A DNA stretch of 64,000 nucleotides from Phaeosaccion multiseriatum (lineage: Eukaryota; Protista; Ochrophyta, other classes). The notes beneath the pieces are model-generated. The model saw only the letters and a list, made by a program, of their open reading frames with translations, made no database searches and was not told the DNA's origin. Below, piece by piece: positions 40,201 to 49,974 of this stretch (positions within the stretch are counted from its first letter, which is position 1; each line of letters starts with the position of its first letter). Location of the stretch: the NCBI GenBank assembly GCA_965112735.1, contig OZ218951.1, positions 496,001-560,000 of the forward strand, in the 5' to 3' direction. A program made the translations under genes and the position numbers.

Positions 40201-43200
40201 TGTACTCAGGCGCTCCGAGTGGCAGAGATGTTCCAGACACCCACCGCGAGGGGTGTATCTCGCTTATGTGCGAGCAGGGAGGACACGCTTCCTGGTATGA
40301 TGGTGGTATCGCGAGTTGGCGACCATCGTGAGGCTCCAGCGTCGTACCAACAGGAGCACATGCTGCTGTCGGACCTGGCGCTGCGAGCGGGCGACCCAGA
40401 CGGGAGGGCGCGATACAACGTGCCCATGCTTCTACCCGTGCCCAGCTCCGAATCGGAGAGAGAGCCCAGCGAGGTTGTGGACGGCTTGTCCCGTGCCCTG
40501 TGCGCCATGGTGGAGCGTCACGATGTTCTGCGATTGGCGCTAGGCTGGTCACCGGAGGGGACGCTGCAGCAGGTGCGGCTGCAGACCACAGCAGCGGAGG
40601 TTGTGGCGTCAGTGCTCCTGTCCGCCGAGGCGAACAGCATCGAAGAGGCCGAGAGCGTGCTATTGGCAGAGGCGGGGCGCCTGTTTGACTTGGAGGAAAG
40701 GCCACTCTGGCGCAGCACCATCGTCACCGTTGCACCACCCCAGGATGGTGAGAAGGAGCACCCGCTGGGGCGGCAAGCGGTGCTGTGTGTCTTCCACCAC
40801 TCCATCATGGATGGGTGGTCATCCAAGCTGTTCTCGCGCGAGCTGTTGGTCCTGTGGGGGGCTGTCGTGTCTGGCCGAGAGGCGACGAAGGCGCCAGCGG
40901 CTCTGCCGTTTGGGTATGCGGACTACTTCCGGTGGCAGCGGTTGCGACTGGACGGGGACAACGGCCTGGCTCTGGAGCAGCTGTTGGAGTACTGGCAGGG
41001 GCAGCTAACGGGGGCGTCTTCACTGACCCTGCCCCTGGACCGACCGCACGGTGCTTTCGGCCCGCATCTGACGGAGACTGTAGGTCAAGATGGGATTGTG
41101 GGGGGGCGCGGCGGGAGTGTCGCTGTTGTTCTGCCGGCTTCGCTGATAGTGAAGCTGAGCAAGCTATGCTCGAGCAGCTCCGTCACGCTGTTTGTGGGGC
41201 TCATGGGCGCGTTCCAAGTGCTGCTGGCTCGTGTGTGCGGAGCGGAGGATGTGGTGGTGGGCACTGCGCACTTCGGAAGGGACGTGGCGCAAGGCTTGGA
41301 GGGCGTGCTGGGATGCTTCGTCAACACCCTCGCGTTCCGTCTGGGCCTAGGAGGAAGCCCCAGCTTTCGGGAGGTGCTGCTTCGCGTACAGGTCGCGTAT
41401 CTGGGTGCCATGAAGCATGCCGAGGCACCGTTCCACAAGGTGGTGGAGCGGGCCCAACTGGGCACAAAGAGTGGTGGCAAGGCGCTACAAGCCTTCTTTG
41501 TACTGCAGGAGGGAAATGCCAGCGCCGTGGAGGAGGAGGCCCAGCTGTCAGCTGGAGCACTCCACGAGATCATGACGGAGGAGGCTGGAGAGCAGCAGGC
41601 CATTGACGTTAGCAAGACTGACATCGAGCTAAGCCTTGTGCGCAGCACGGACAGTGCATCGGACATGCACGGCAGCCTGTGCTACAATACGGCGGTGCTC
41701 GACCAGGCCACAGTGGAGACCCTGGCGCGGAGCTTCCTGGCGCTGCTGGAGAGTGCAGTGGGCAGGCCGGGCGAGAGCGTGTGGAAGCTGAGTCTCTTGG
41801 CACACGAGGACCGTGTGAAGGTGGTGGAGACGTTGAGCGGCGCTGCACTGGTGGCGGGGGATGCCAATGGAGACGAGGAGGGAGGTGCAGAGGAAGCATC
41901 GCCACCGCCGCCCCTCCTGCACGCGGCTTTCGAAGAGATGGCCTCTTGTAGTCCGGAGCAGGAAGCCCTGCACGAGTATGAGACAGGTCGAGTGATGAGC
42001 TACGGGGAGCTGAATGGGCATGCGAATACGGTGGCATGCATGCTGCAGGGGAGGGGCGTGGGGCCGGAGTGCCTGGTGGGGGTGCTGATTGCTGGGGACT
42101 GCGTGGAGGCGGTTGTGGCAGTGCTGGGCGTGCTCAAGGCCGGGGCGGCGTACGTGCCCCTGGATCCCGAGCATCCCCACGATAGGCTGTCGATGATCGC
42201 ACAAGATGCCGGGCTGAGCGTCGTTCTGACGACGGCAAAGGCAGTTGGCGAGTCTGAGGTGCTGGCAACCGCCGATGCCAGCTTAGCGCGGCGTGTCGGA
42301 GACGTGAGCTGCGTGGACGTGGTGGCTGTGATGCAAGTGGAGAGTACAGCGGAGCCTGTGTGCCACACCGTGGGCGAGAACATGGCGTACGTGATCTACA
42401 CGTCCGGTAGCACAGGCCGGCCAAAGGGCGTGATGATTGAGCACAGAAGCACGGCCTGCTTCATGGCGACTCTCTACGAATTCGAACTGACAGTGACAGC
42501 ATCTTCGCGCGTGCTTCTGAGCAGCGCTTTGACTTTCGATGTGTCTATGGCGTTGCTGTTCGGGACGTTGTCGTGTGGGGCGAAGCTGTGTTTGGCGGAG
42601 AAGGGCTCCCTGCTGAACGACCTGCCGGAGCTGATACGGTATTTCGGGGTGACGGAAGCTGAATTCACCCCCTCACTGTTGTCACTGCTGAAACCGGGAG
42701 ACATTATGGAGGAGGGCACCTTACGGTCGATCGCTTTGGGTGGGGAGACAGTGAAGCAGGATCAAGTGGACATGTGGAGGCACCATGTGCGCCTCGTTAA
42801 TAGCTACGGTCCAACAGAGGCGACGGTTTCCGCGACCGCACATGAGTACTCCTCTGGGGCCCTGTCGTGCGCATCTGTCATCGGCAAGCCTCTGACTGGC
42901 GTGCAAGTGTATGTGGTGGACAAGCGTCTGCAGCTGGTGCCTCAGGGCGTGGAGGGCGAGCTGTGCATTGGGGGGAGACAGCTGGCGCGGGGTTACTTGA
43001 ATCGCCCAGAGCTCACGTCGAAGGCCTTCATCCCCGCGCCCTTCCTGGCGGACCAGCGCAGAGTGTATCGTACGGTAAGTCGAAAAGGTTGCCCATGGGT
43101 GTGCGGCTTTGTGTGTGTGCGTGTATTGTGTGTACATTTGGCTTGCTTTTGGCATGTCATGCAGTGACAAGCAGAGCGCAGGGGGGGGTGGAGGTAGGTT

Positions 43201-46200
43201 TATCTGCTGCCTATGGTGTAGTGTTCTGACGCGTCTCAAACTGAACACGTTCGGACAGGGTGACTTGGTGCGGCAGCTGGGAGACGGATCGCTGGTGTTT
43301 AGCGGTCGCCGAGACTCTCAAGTGAAGGTGCGCGGCTATCGCATTGAGTTGGGCGAGGTGGAGGCTGCGCTGCTCCATCAAGAGGGGGTGGTGAGCGCTG
43401 TGGCAGCGGTGGACAGAGAGCGCGAGATGATTGTGGCAGCTCTGACACCTTCTAGTGCCGAAGTTGAGATGGTGCTGCAAGGAGTGAGCAGGCTGCTACC
43501 GTCATACATGGTGCCGAGCACGGCTGTGGCCGTGGATGCTCTACCGATGACGAGCAGTGGGAAGAGAGACGTGAAAGAGGTGCTGAGGATGATCAAGGCG
43601 GAAGCGAAGGGAAACAAAACCGCTGTAAAGGCGTCCGACGGCGACGAGGCGTTAGGCGACACTGCCCGCCAAGTGCTGGGCATCCTGAGGCAGGCCACGG
43701 AGCAGCCTCACTTGCAGGCCAATGACGACTTGTTCGCAGAGGGAGGCACATCGTTGAGTGCAGCTCAGGCGGTTTCGCGTATTCGGGCAGAGGTTCCCGG
43801 CTTCGAGGTGAGTGACTTTGAGCACAAAGCTTTCGTCGTGTTGTGTCTCGCCCTTGTTGCTGACCCTGTTGTGTCTGTGTGACTCCTGCAGGCTCTGACA
43901 GTAATGCAGATCTTCCAGAACCGAACCGCTGTGGCACTTTCAGTGCTTGGTGCCGCGGAGGAGGGCGGAGGTCGAGGAGACAGCGGGCAAGAGTCGTCGG
44001 CAGCAAGCGAAGCCCGACTGAAGGACGAGGAGCGCGATTTTGAGTCAGTCGGTGAAGAAGGGGAAGCGATGAAGGCGCACAGGAGGCTCAGCACTGGCAA
44101 GCAAGTGGTGCTGCAGGTTCTGACTTGGCTGCTCGTCGTTGCTGTGCTCAGCTGCGGGTTTTCTCCCAGCTTCGTTGGCGTGTACTTGCTACGTAGAGCA
44201 GGGCGCGGCAATACGACGATTCTTTCTTGGCTACCACTCCTCGTCGTCGTGTCAGTAGGCTGGGTCCTTGCCCTGATTGTAGTGGTGAAGTGGACTATGC
44301 TTGGCCGCATGCGACCGGGGCGATGGTCCGTGAGGAGCTGGTACTACTGGCGGTGGTATGCTGTGCAGAATGTGCTGAAACTTGCCGCACTGCTGATTTC
44401 TGTTCTCCGTGGTACCTTCGCCTTGCGGGTGTGGAACCGCCTGCTGGGGGCACGAATCAGTGGAAGCGCGCGCTTAGAGAGCTGGCTGCTGCACGAGCAT
44501 GACTTGATCGAGATTGGAGAAGGGGCCGTGATCGAGTACGGAGCCGTCATTCGCCCGTCTGTCATTACTCGAAATGGCATGCTCCATGTCCATCGCGTGA
44601 GGATCGGGAAGGGAGCAAAGGTGGGCATACTGTCCAACGTGTGTCCGTCTCCATGGGAGGGGGGGCAGACGCAGGAGCGGGGGGAGGGCCTGAAGAAGGA
44701 GCCGAAGGAGCCGAAGGACTTGGTCATCGGCGAGGGGACGGAGCTCGGTCCGTACGCGTCGCTCGGCCATTCGTCACTCTCTGGCCCGCTGGCAGAGGTC
44801 GAGCGCGAGGAGGGGCTGCGGCGGACAGGAAAAGAGCTTTTTGCCTTGGCCCTGCTTTCAGTGACCAACTTGGGGTCGTACGTGCTGCCCCTCTGGATAC
44901 TCGTGCTTGCCGGCGGGGGTGATGACGACGGCGCGGGGGAGAGTGTCCCCATCTTCGCTCGTGCATTGGCGTTCCCCGTGCTTCTGTTGATCGGAAGCAT
45001 GCTGTACATGGTGGCAGTGCTATCGATCCAGCGTGTATTTTTGCTGCTCGGCCCCAGCGCCACCACACGGCTGTCACTCGGAGTTCTTCAGGAGAGTCCT
45101 CTCTTCACGGTTGGCTCCCTTCTTGTGGCAAAATGTGGGCTCAACCGTGTTGTTGCTTCCGCCATGGGCGCCAGGCTGGAGCGGGGGTGCGCACTTTCTA
45201 CCCTTCCTATCACTACGATATGGGAGAAGCTCAGGATAGGGGAAAACTCCCAGCTCGCGGGCTCTGTGCACCTTTTCGCTGATGGGGGTGGTCGTGGAGA
45301 CGAGGATACGCAAAGCATCACAATCGGCCGCTTCAGTATTGTTGCGAACGAAGCTCTTCTCATGGGCGGAGCTTGCATTGGGGACGGAAGCACGGTCGCA
45401 GATCGCACCGTTGTGAGAAGAGACGATGACGTACCGTGCAACTCTTCTGTAGTGGGCGCCCCTCGGCCGTTTGTATTGCCGAACCCAGTGAGTGCTGCTG
45501 GTGAGAAGGATGGCGTCGATGCAGCAGGCAGTCTTCCTGTTCCGTCGAGGATGCACAATGCGCTCCGTGGGCTTGCGACTGTGGTACTGCTCCTCGGCGT
45601 ATGGTGTCCGGGGGTGCTGATCAGCGCGTCGGTATCTGACCTGCTGTTGCGCAATGGCCATGTGCATGGGGCTGCCGCCTTCTGTCCCTTCGTCCTTCCA
45701 GAAGTGGTGGCGAAGGATACTCTGAGCGAGAGCCATACTGGAGTGTTCTTCCTTGTGTTGGGGAGCTTCGTCTTTCAAGTTCTCATGGCCTTGGCGGGCG
45801 CTTGCTCAGCCATTCATTTCCATCGAGTTCTGGGCACATCCTTGCATGCCAAAGAGGGGCAGCCTCCCATAGCGCTCGATTCGCCTTCGCTGGATATATA
45901 CCACTTGGGCAGCATGGCCCCTGCCTTCATTGAGGCTCTCTGCATCAAGTACTTCGCGGGCGGGCCGGTGTACGCGGCGTGGCTGCGGCTGCTGGGGGCA
46001 AGTGTTGGCAAGGACACATCTTTATGGCTCAGGCCTTATGATGTGCATCTTCTCGTCATTGGAGACGAAGCGGTGGTGTTGCAAGACTCCACAATCTTCG
46101 CGCACACCATCGAAGGCACGGGAGGGTTCGTCTTCAAGACTGTGCAAGTCGGGGAGAACGCGTGGCTCGGAGCAAGGGCTCACTTGCAGCCTGGATGCCG

Positions 46201-46537
46201 CGTTGAAGCAGGAGCTAACGTTGGTGACCTGAGCATGGCCATGAGAGGTGAAAGTGTCACCAATTCAAAGCGTGGAGACGTGGTGTGGGTGGGCATACCG
46301 CTGAGAAAGTACTTCTTGTCCTCCCGAGCGCTCACTGCGCCGCGTCACGGAACGGAGCTGGACAGCGGCAGAGCCCCGGCAGAAGAGCGAACCCTTCGCA
46401 ACAAGGGCAGAGGGGGGTCGAGGAGACATGTGGTTCGAGAGGGAAACAGCCCTCGCCGAGGAGGAGCGTCTTTCCGGTGGAAGAGTGTGCATCAGCCTGA
46501 GGAGACGAAGAATACGGATAGATTCGATGTAGTTTGA
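1..46537 (+). CDS. Giant hybrid modular type I PKS-NRPS (5'-partial, >=14,764 aa; 8 KS, 4 AT, 4 DH, 4 ER, 7 KR, 8 ACP, 2 C-A-PCP, Pls-like terminal domain)
   Basis: The ORFs join in frame through GT-AG introns. Exons: 1-322, 831-1953, 2115-2892, 3038-8319, 8432-13477, 13639-17907, 18049-23166, 23317-27576, 27718-32835, 32989-39352, 39551-40105, 40210-43074, 43259-43807, 43892-46537 (total 44,295 nt, divisible by 3; TGA at 46535-46537). The junctions restore split conserved motifs ([10 protein letters not shown][W/G]RCK[T/A]FD, ELYDE|RAVFREC, YRT|GDL, PGFE|AL). Confidence 0.9.
361..706 (+). repeat. (TCAC)n microsatellite in PKS intron 323-830
   Basis: Tandem TCAC with CCAA interruptions. Confidence 0.97.
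1331..7630 (+). other. PKS module 1: KS-AT(malonyl)-DH-ER-KR-ACP
   Basis: KS DTLCSSS/HGTGT/KTNIGH; AT FTGQGSQ, GHSLG, HAFHS; [13 protein letters not shown] and HPAVLD; ER LNFRD and HAASDGVG; [17 protein letters not shown]; ACP GLDSMS. Confidence 0.9.
5495..12320 (+). repeat. Internal duplication: ER-KR block about 5495-7160 repeated at about 10653-12320 (offset 5158)
   Basis: Near-identical DNA; the ORF track shows matching shadow ORFs at a constant offset of 5158 (e.g. 5500/10658, 6616/11774). Confidence 0.95.
7690..12780 (+). other. PKS module 2: KS-DH-ER-KR-ACP (AT-less)
   Basis: KS DTACSSS/HGTGT/KTNIGH; only about 40 aa separate the KS end (NAHVLL) from the DH region, with no GQGSQ or GHSxG; [10 protein letters not shown]; KR LDD/YAAAN; ACP GLDSMS. 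Confidence 0.9.
12846..17215 (+). other. PKS module 3: KS-AT(malonyl)-KR-ACP
   Basis: KS DTACSSS; AT FTGQGSQ, GHSLGQ, HAFHS; no DH or ER motifs; [17 protein letters not shown]; ACP GLDSMAS. Confidence 0.9.
17278..22470 (+). other. PKS module 4: KS-DH-ER-KR-ACP (AT-less)
   Basis: KS QTACSSS/HGTGT/KANIGH; no AT motifs; [13 protein letters not shown] and HPAVLD; ER LNFRD and HAASGGVG; KR LDD/YAAAN; ACP GLDSLS. Confidence 0.9.
22545..26885 (+). other. PKS module 5: KS-AT(malonyl)-KR-ACP
   Basis: KS DTACSSS; AT GHSLG/HAFHS; KR LDD/YAAAN; ACP GLDSMAS; paralogous to module 3. Confidence 0.9.
26947..32140 (+). other. PKS module 6: KS-DH-ER-KR-ACP (AT-less)
   Basis: Near-identical copy of module 4 at an offset of 9669 nt, with the same motif set. 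Confidence 0.9.
32214..36595 (+). other. PKS module 7: KS-AT(malonyl)-KR(non-LDD)-ACP
   Basis: KS DTACSSS; AT GHSLG/HAFHS; [20 protein letters not shown] (no LDD), QSAYAGAN; ACP GLDSMAA. Confidence 0.9.
36665..40270 (+). other. NRPS module 1: C-A-PCP
   Basis: C domain HHCIFDG (codon start 37121); A-domain cores [49 protein letters not shown]|[28 protein letters not shown]; PCP GGTSL. Confidence 0.92.
37490..43570 (+). repeat. Duplicated NRPS module (offset about 3.7 kb), including the intron at YRT|GD
   Basis: Shadow ORFs 37898/41629 and 38269/42000 lie at offset 3731, and introns 39353-39550 and 43075-43258 are clearly homologous. Confidence 0.93.
40330..43950 (+). other. NRPS module 2: C-A-PCP
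   Basis: C domain HHSIMDG (codon start 40795); full set of A-domain core motifs; PCP GGTSL; paralogous to NRPS module 1. Confidence 0.92.
44080..46320 (+). other. Membrane-bound NRPS terminal domain of the epsilon-poly-L-lysine synthetase (Pls)/TIGR02353 type: three repeats of TM hairpin plus hexapeptide-repeat segment
   Basis: Hydrophobic segments alternate with the motifs [101 protein letters not shown]. Recognised by eye, not by HMM. Confidence 0.8.
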
Positions 46538-46756
46538 TCCCTCTAGTACGATACGGACGATTGAAGAATGGGGCGATGATGTATTCTTGGCTGGTCCCGG
46601 ACCCATGATGTGATCCATGATCCACATGAATTTTTTCATGCTCCGCCTCCCCCAATCATACAACAGTATTCACAGAAAAAAAATTACCTATTACTAGTAC
46701 TACGGAGTATGTTTTATCTTCAATTATCGATGAAAAGCTCTCTGATATATGGGCAA

Positions 46757-49700
46757 TCAGATGGGTAGGCTGTCCGACATGAAGGCCTTCATGTAGAAAA
46801 AGGTCAGAGGCAGCACGATGAGCTGACAGTCGAAGCGGTCCGCCGCCCCTCCGTGACCGGGAATGGTGTTGCCGTAGTCCTTGACGCCGGTGGCTCGCTT
46901 CACCGCACTGGCCAGGAAGCCTCCGTAGGGCCCCACGATGGAGGCAATGACCGCCAGGCCCATGCCGTGCACATCGGCCCAGGAGAGAGAAACACGCCCT
47001 GACAGGAGGCTCAAGCCTTGCCCTGCTCCTCTTGCGTAGAGCCAATCTGTGGAGGGAGGGGGGGGGGTGGACGGCACGCTCAGCAGGAGGAAAGACAGCC
47101 GTGAAGGGAGCGAGGAGGAGGATTGGATGGAAGGGGAGGACAGGAGGGGGTGGGAATGGATGGGAGGGGAGGGGATGATGCCCCGATGGGCTGCTCGGTC
47201 AGGCCCTGCCCAGGCACTGCACAGGGCGATGTAAGTAAGACGTCGCGTGCCCTGCCTCCCTGAGCCCTGCCTCCCCGAGGGTGTCTCGTCACTGCACGCA
47301 CGCACCGGAGTCGGGAGCGCCAATGGCGGGGGCGTGTCCCCGGAGGAAAATGTTCCCGGGCTGAGTCATCCACGCAACTCCACTCAGGAGACGAGTGGCC
47401 AGGAGGCTCGTCAGCACCGTGCCTACAGCCGCCCCCCAGTAGCCCTGTGTGTGGTACATTATGTGGGTATGGGGACAGTCTTTAGGGGTCGAGCGTTTCG
47501 GCAGCACCAACCCCCCGGTGTGAAGGTGTAGGACTCACCGAGCCCACCTTTTGTTACGATGTAAGGCATCCCAATATGCCTTGGATAATACTGAAGGCAT
47601 ATTGGGATGCCTTACATCGAAACAAAAGAGGGGTAACATACATTGAATGCATGGACGGGGCTGTGTGTGAGGAGCGGTAGGCTAGCAACGATGTAGATGG
47701 GGGGGGTGAATGACAGACAGACTGGCCTGCCTGTCTGCCCGACAAGAGAGACCGGGCGTAATCCTTGCGTAACGGACGGGCATGTTGACGAGGTGGGGTC
47801 ATAGCACCGCAGCGATCAGGAAGCGCAGCACAGCTATTCGTTCCCTCCAGCACCACACCTCTCTCGGCCTTCAGGGCACTTCCTTCCTTCCTTCCTTCCT
47901 TCCTGCCTGCCTGCCTGCCTTCCCTTCCGCGCTCTCTCTGCCTCCCCACCTCATGCATCATGCGTGCTTCTCCCCCCTCTCTCTCCCACTCCGTATCTCC
48001 CGGTGTGCACACACACACGCACGCACAAACACACGCACTCACGTACACACACACACCTCGCGGGTCTTCTTGGGGGAGAGGGAGATGAGAGGCGTCTTGC
48101 CCCAAATGTTTCCACAGAAGTAGGCCAGGATGTCGTTGATGATCACCAAGGCAGAGGGCAGCACGAACCTGCATGCGCACGCACACGCACGCGCGGGGCA
48201 AGCCGATGCGTTTGGTGCGAGGATATCCAGTCGCACACACAAGGAAGGACGTCGTCAGCAACCGATTACTATCAAAAGGGGGCGGGGGGAGGGTGCACAC
48301 TCAATTTGGGGGTGTGGGAATGGAGTAGAGTAGGGAAGTCAGACCCCCAACTTGAAGTGTCCCCTCTTATATTTCGCACTGAAATGAAAGGTGTTTGCGT
48401 ACCAGATGAGGCCCGCGCGCATGGCGCTGAGAGAGAGGGTGGCGCACAGCACCAGGAAGGACGCGAAGTGGGCCACAGCGAAGTTGGCGAGTTGGTACGC
48501 CAGAGTGTCGCTGTGAGGCAGACAGGCAGCAGGCAGGCAGGCAGGGGGGGGCGAGGGTGGGTTACGATGTGAGTGTGGTGAGGAGGAGGCTACAATGTCA
48601 GTAGCGACGAGAGGGGGGATGGGGTCAGTCCCCGCGGCTTGGCGGCTGCATGGCTCACTCTCCTTGACATGCGCCTCCCTGCCTGCGCACTTGCTCTGCC
48701 TGTTCCAAAACCACATGAGCGCCACCGCTAGAAGGGCGAGCGCCATCTCGGCTGCTCCTGCCTCCTCTCTCTCTCTCTCTCTATTCCCTCACCTGTTGCT
48801 GAGTGTGCGGATGAAAGTGCAGAAGACTCCGATGTACGCCGCAGCCACGCCGGGGAGGTGGTACTTGGAGAACAGGCGCAGAGGGGACGGCATGCCACTC
48901 TGCCACGTCGAGGTGGGAGGGGTGAGGGGTGGGTGGGTGGGTAGCAAGGGTGGGGCTGGGCATGTGAGGCGGGTTCAGGTAGGGCGAGGACGATGACAAC
49001 ATACGCTCATGCCCCTCCTCGAACGTGTGTTGGGCTGGCTGTACGGGCATACATGTCCACTCCACACTACACACGTACCTCAGCCTCGAAAGACGCCCCC
49101 GCTGCCTCTGTGATGAGCTCGCTGCCGTATGCGTACATCGCGAACACCGCCACGATGGCCCACTTGAAGAGGCGCGAACAGCCCTGGCCTGCCTTCTTGA
49201 GCGAGCTCTCCTTCTCCTCCTCCACCAACGTGCCCATCCCTTCCTGTTGGCGGCGACGGCAGCAGCACAGAGGGCGTCGGTGAGAGAGATGCACATGACG
49301 AAACAGAAGAGGATCAGCCATACGTCCTGAGCACCTCCATACACAAGTGCCTCCTTGCCCCTCTATCTGCAACCTCCTCCGTCACAGCGATGCCTTCCTC
49401 GAAGGTGGAAATTCATCTGCTGCATCCAAACACACTGAGTTCGCACCTTGAAAATGGACATCTGGAGCATGAACACGAGGAGCGCACACCCGGATTGCCT
49501 GCCTCCCACTATGCAGAGCAAGAACATGGCAATGAGGGCCACCGCGCTTTCGACCCGCACTCTCAGGTCCGTCATGCGCCCCCCGGTACCCCCGCCCCCT
49601 CGAGGAAATCCCCACACGCGCTGCCGCTGCTCTTGCCCCTGCTCCTCCTCCTGCTCCTTTCTGAGAGAAGGTCCTCCTACAGGACCCGCTGCTGCGGTCT

Positions 49701-49974
49701 CTACGGCATCCCGGATGCTCCTAAAGCGGCCATGCCTGACTCTGCTCTCCCCACCTCGCAAGAGCACAGCTGGCGAGGAAGCAAAGCGCGTACCCCGATG
49801 CCGCTGCTGAGCTCCTGCTGACCCGTCCCCCAGTGTTACTGCTGCACCCCATTGGCGGAGGCTAGCGTTTGCCTGGGCGGCATCAGCCGCTGCTGCAGCT
49901 GCATCTGCCGCTCCACAAAGCGCCAAGACAGTCACAGCCACAGTGGCGGCTACCACTGCTCCTGAGGCCTTCAT
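46757..49974 (-). CDS. CDS: Phosphatidate cytidylyltransferase (CDP-diacylglycerol synthase) with N-terminal signal/targeting extension
   Basis: Exons (minus strand) 49974-49447, 49243-49079, 48899-48793, 48510-48403, 48168-48057, 47444-47306, 47046-46757. Motifs [29 protein letters not shown] and the family signature [34 protein letters not shown]. Confidence 0.9.

Noticed and set aside
893-45778. Many antisense and alternate-frame ORFs within the PKS-NRPS
   Set aside because: They are shadow ORFs of GC-rich coding DNA, recur at the duplication offsets and show no recognisable domains.
746-46537. Bacterial-style operon of separate PKS/NRPS genes, or a frameshifted pseudogene
   Set aside because: The ORF breaks fall mid-domain at canonical splice sites with consistent phases, no docking domains are apparent, and the neighbouring genes are intron-rich eukaryotic genes.
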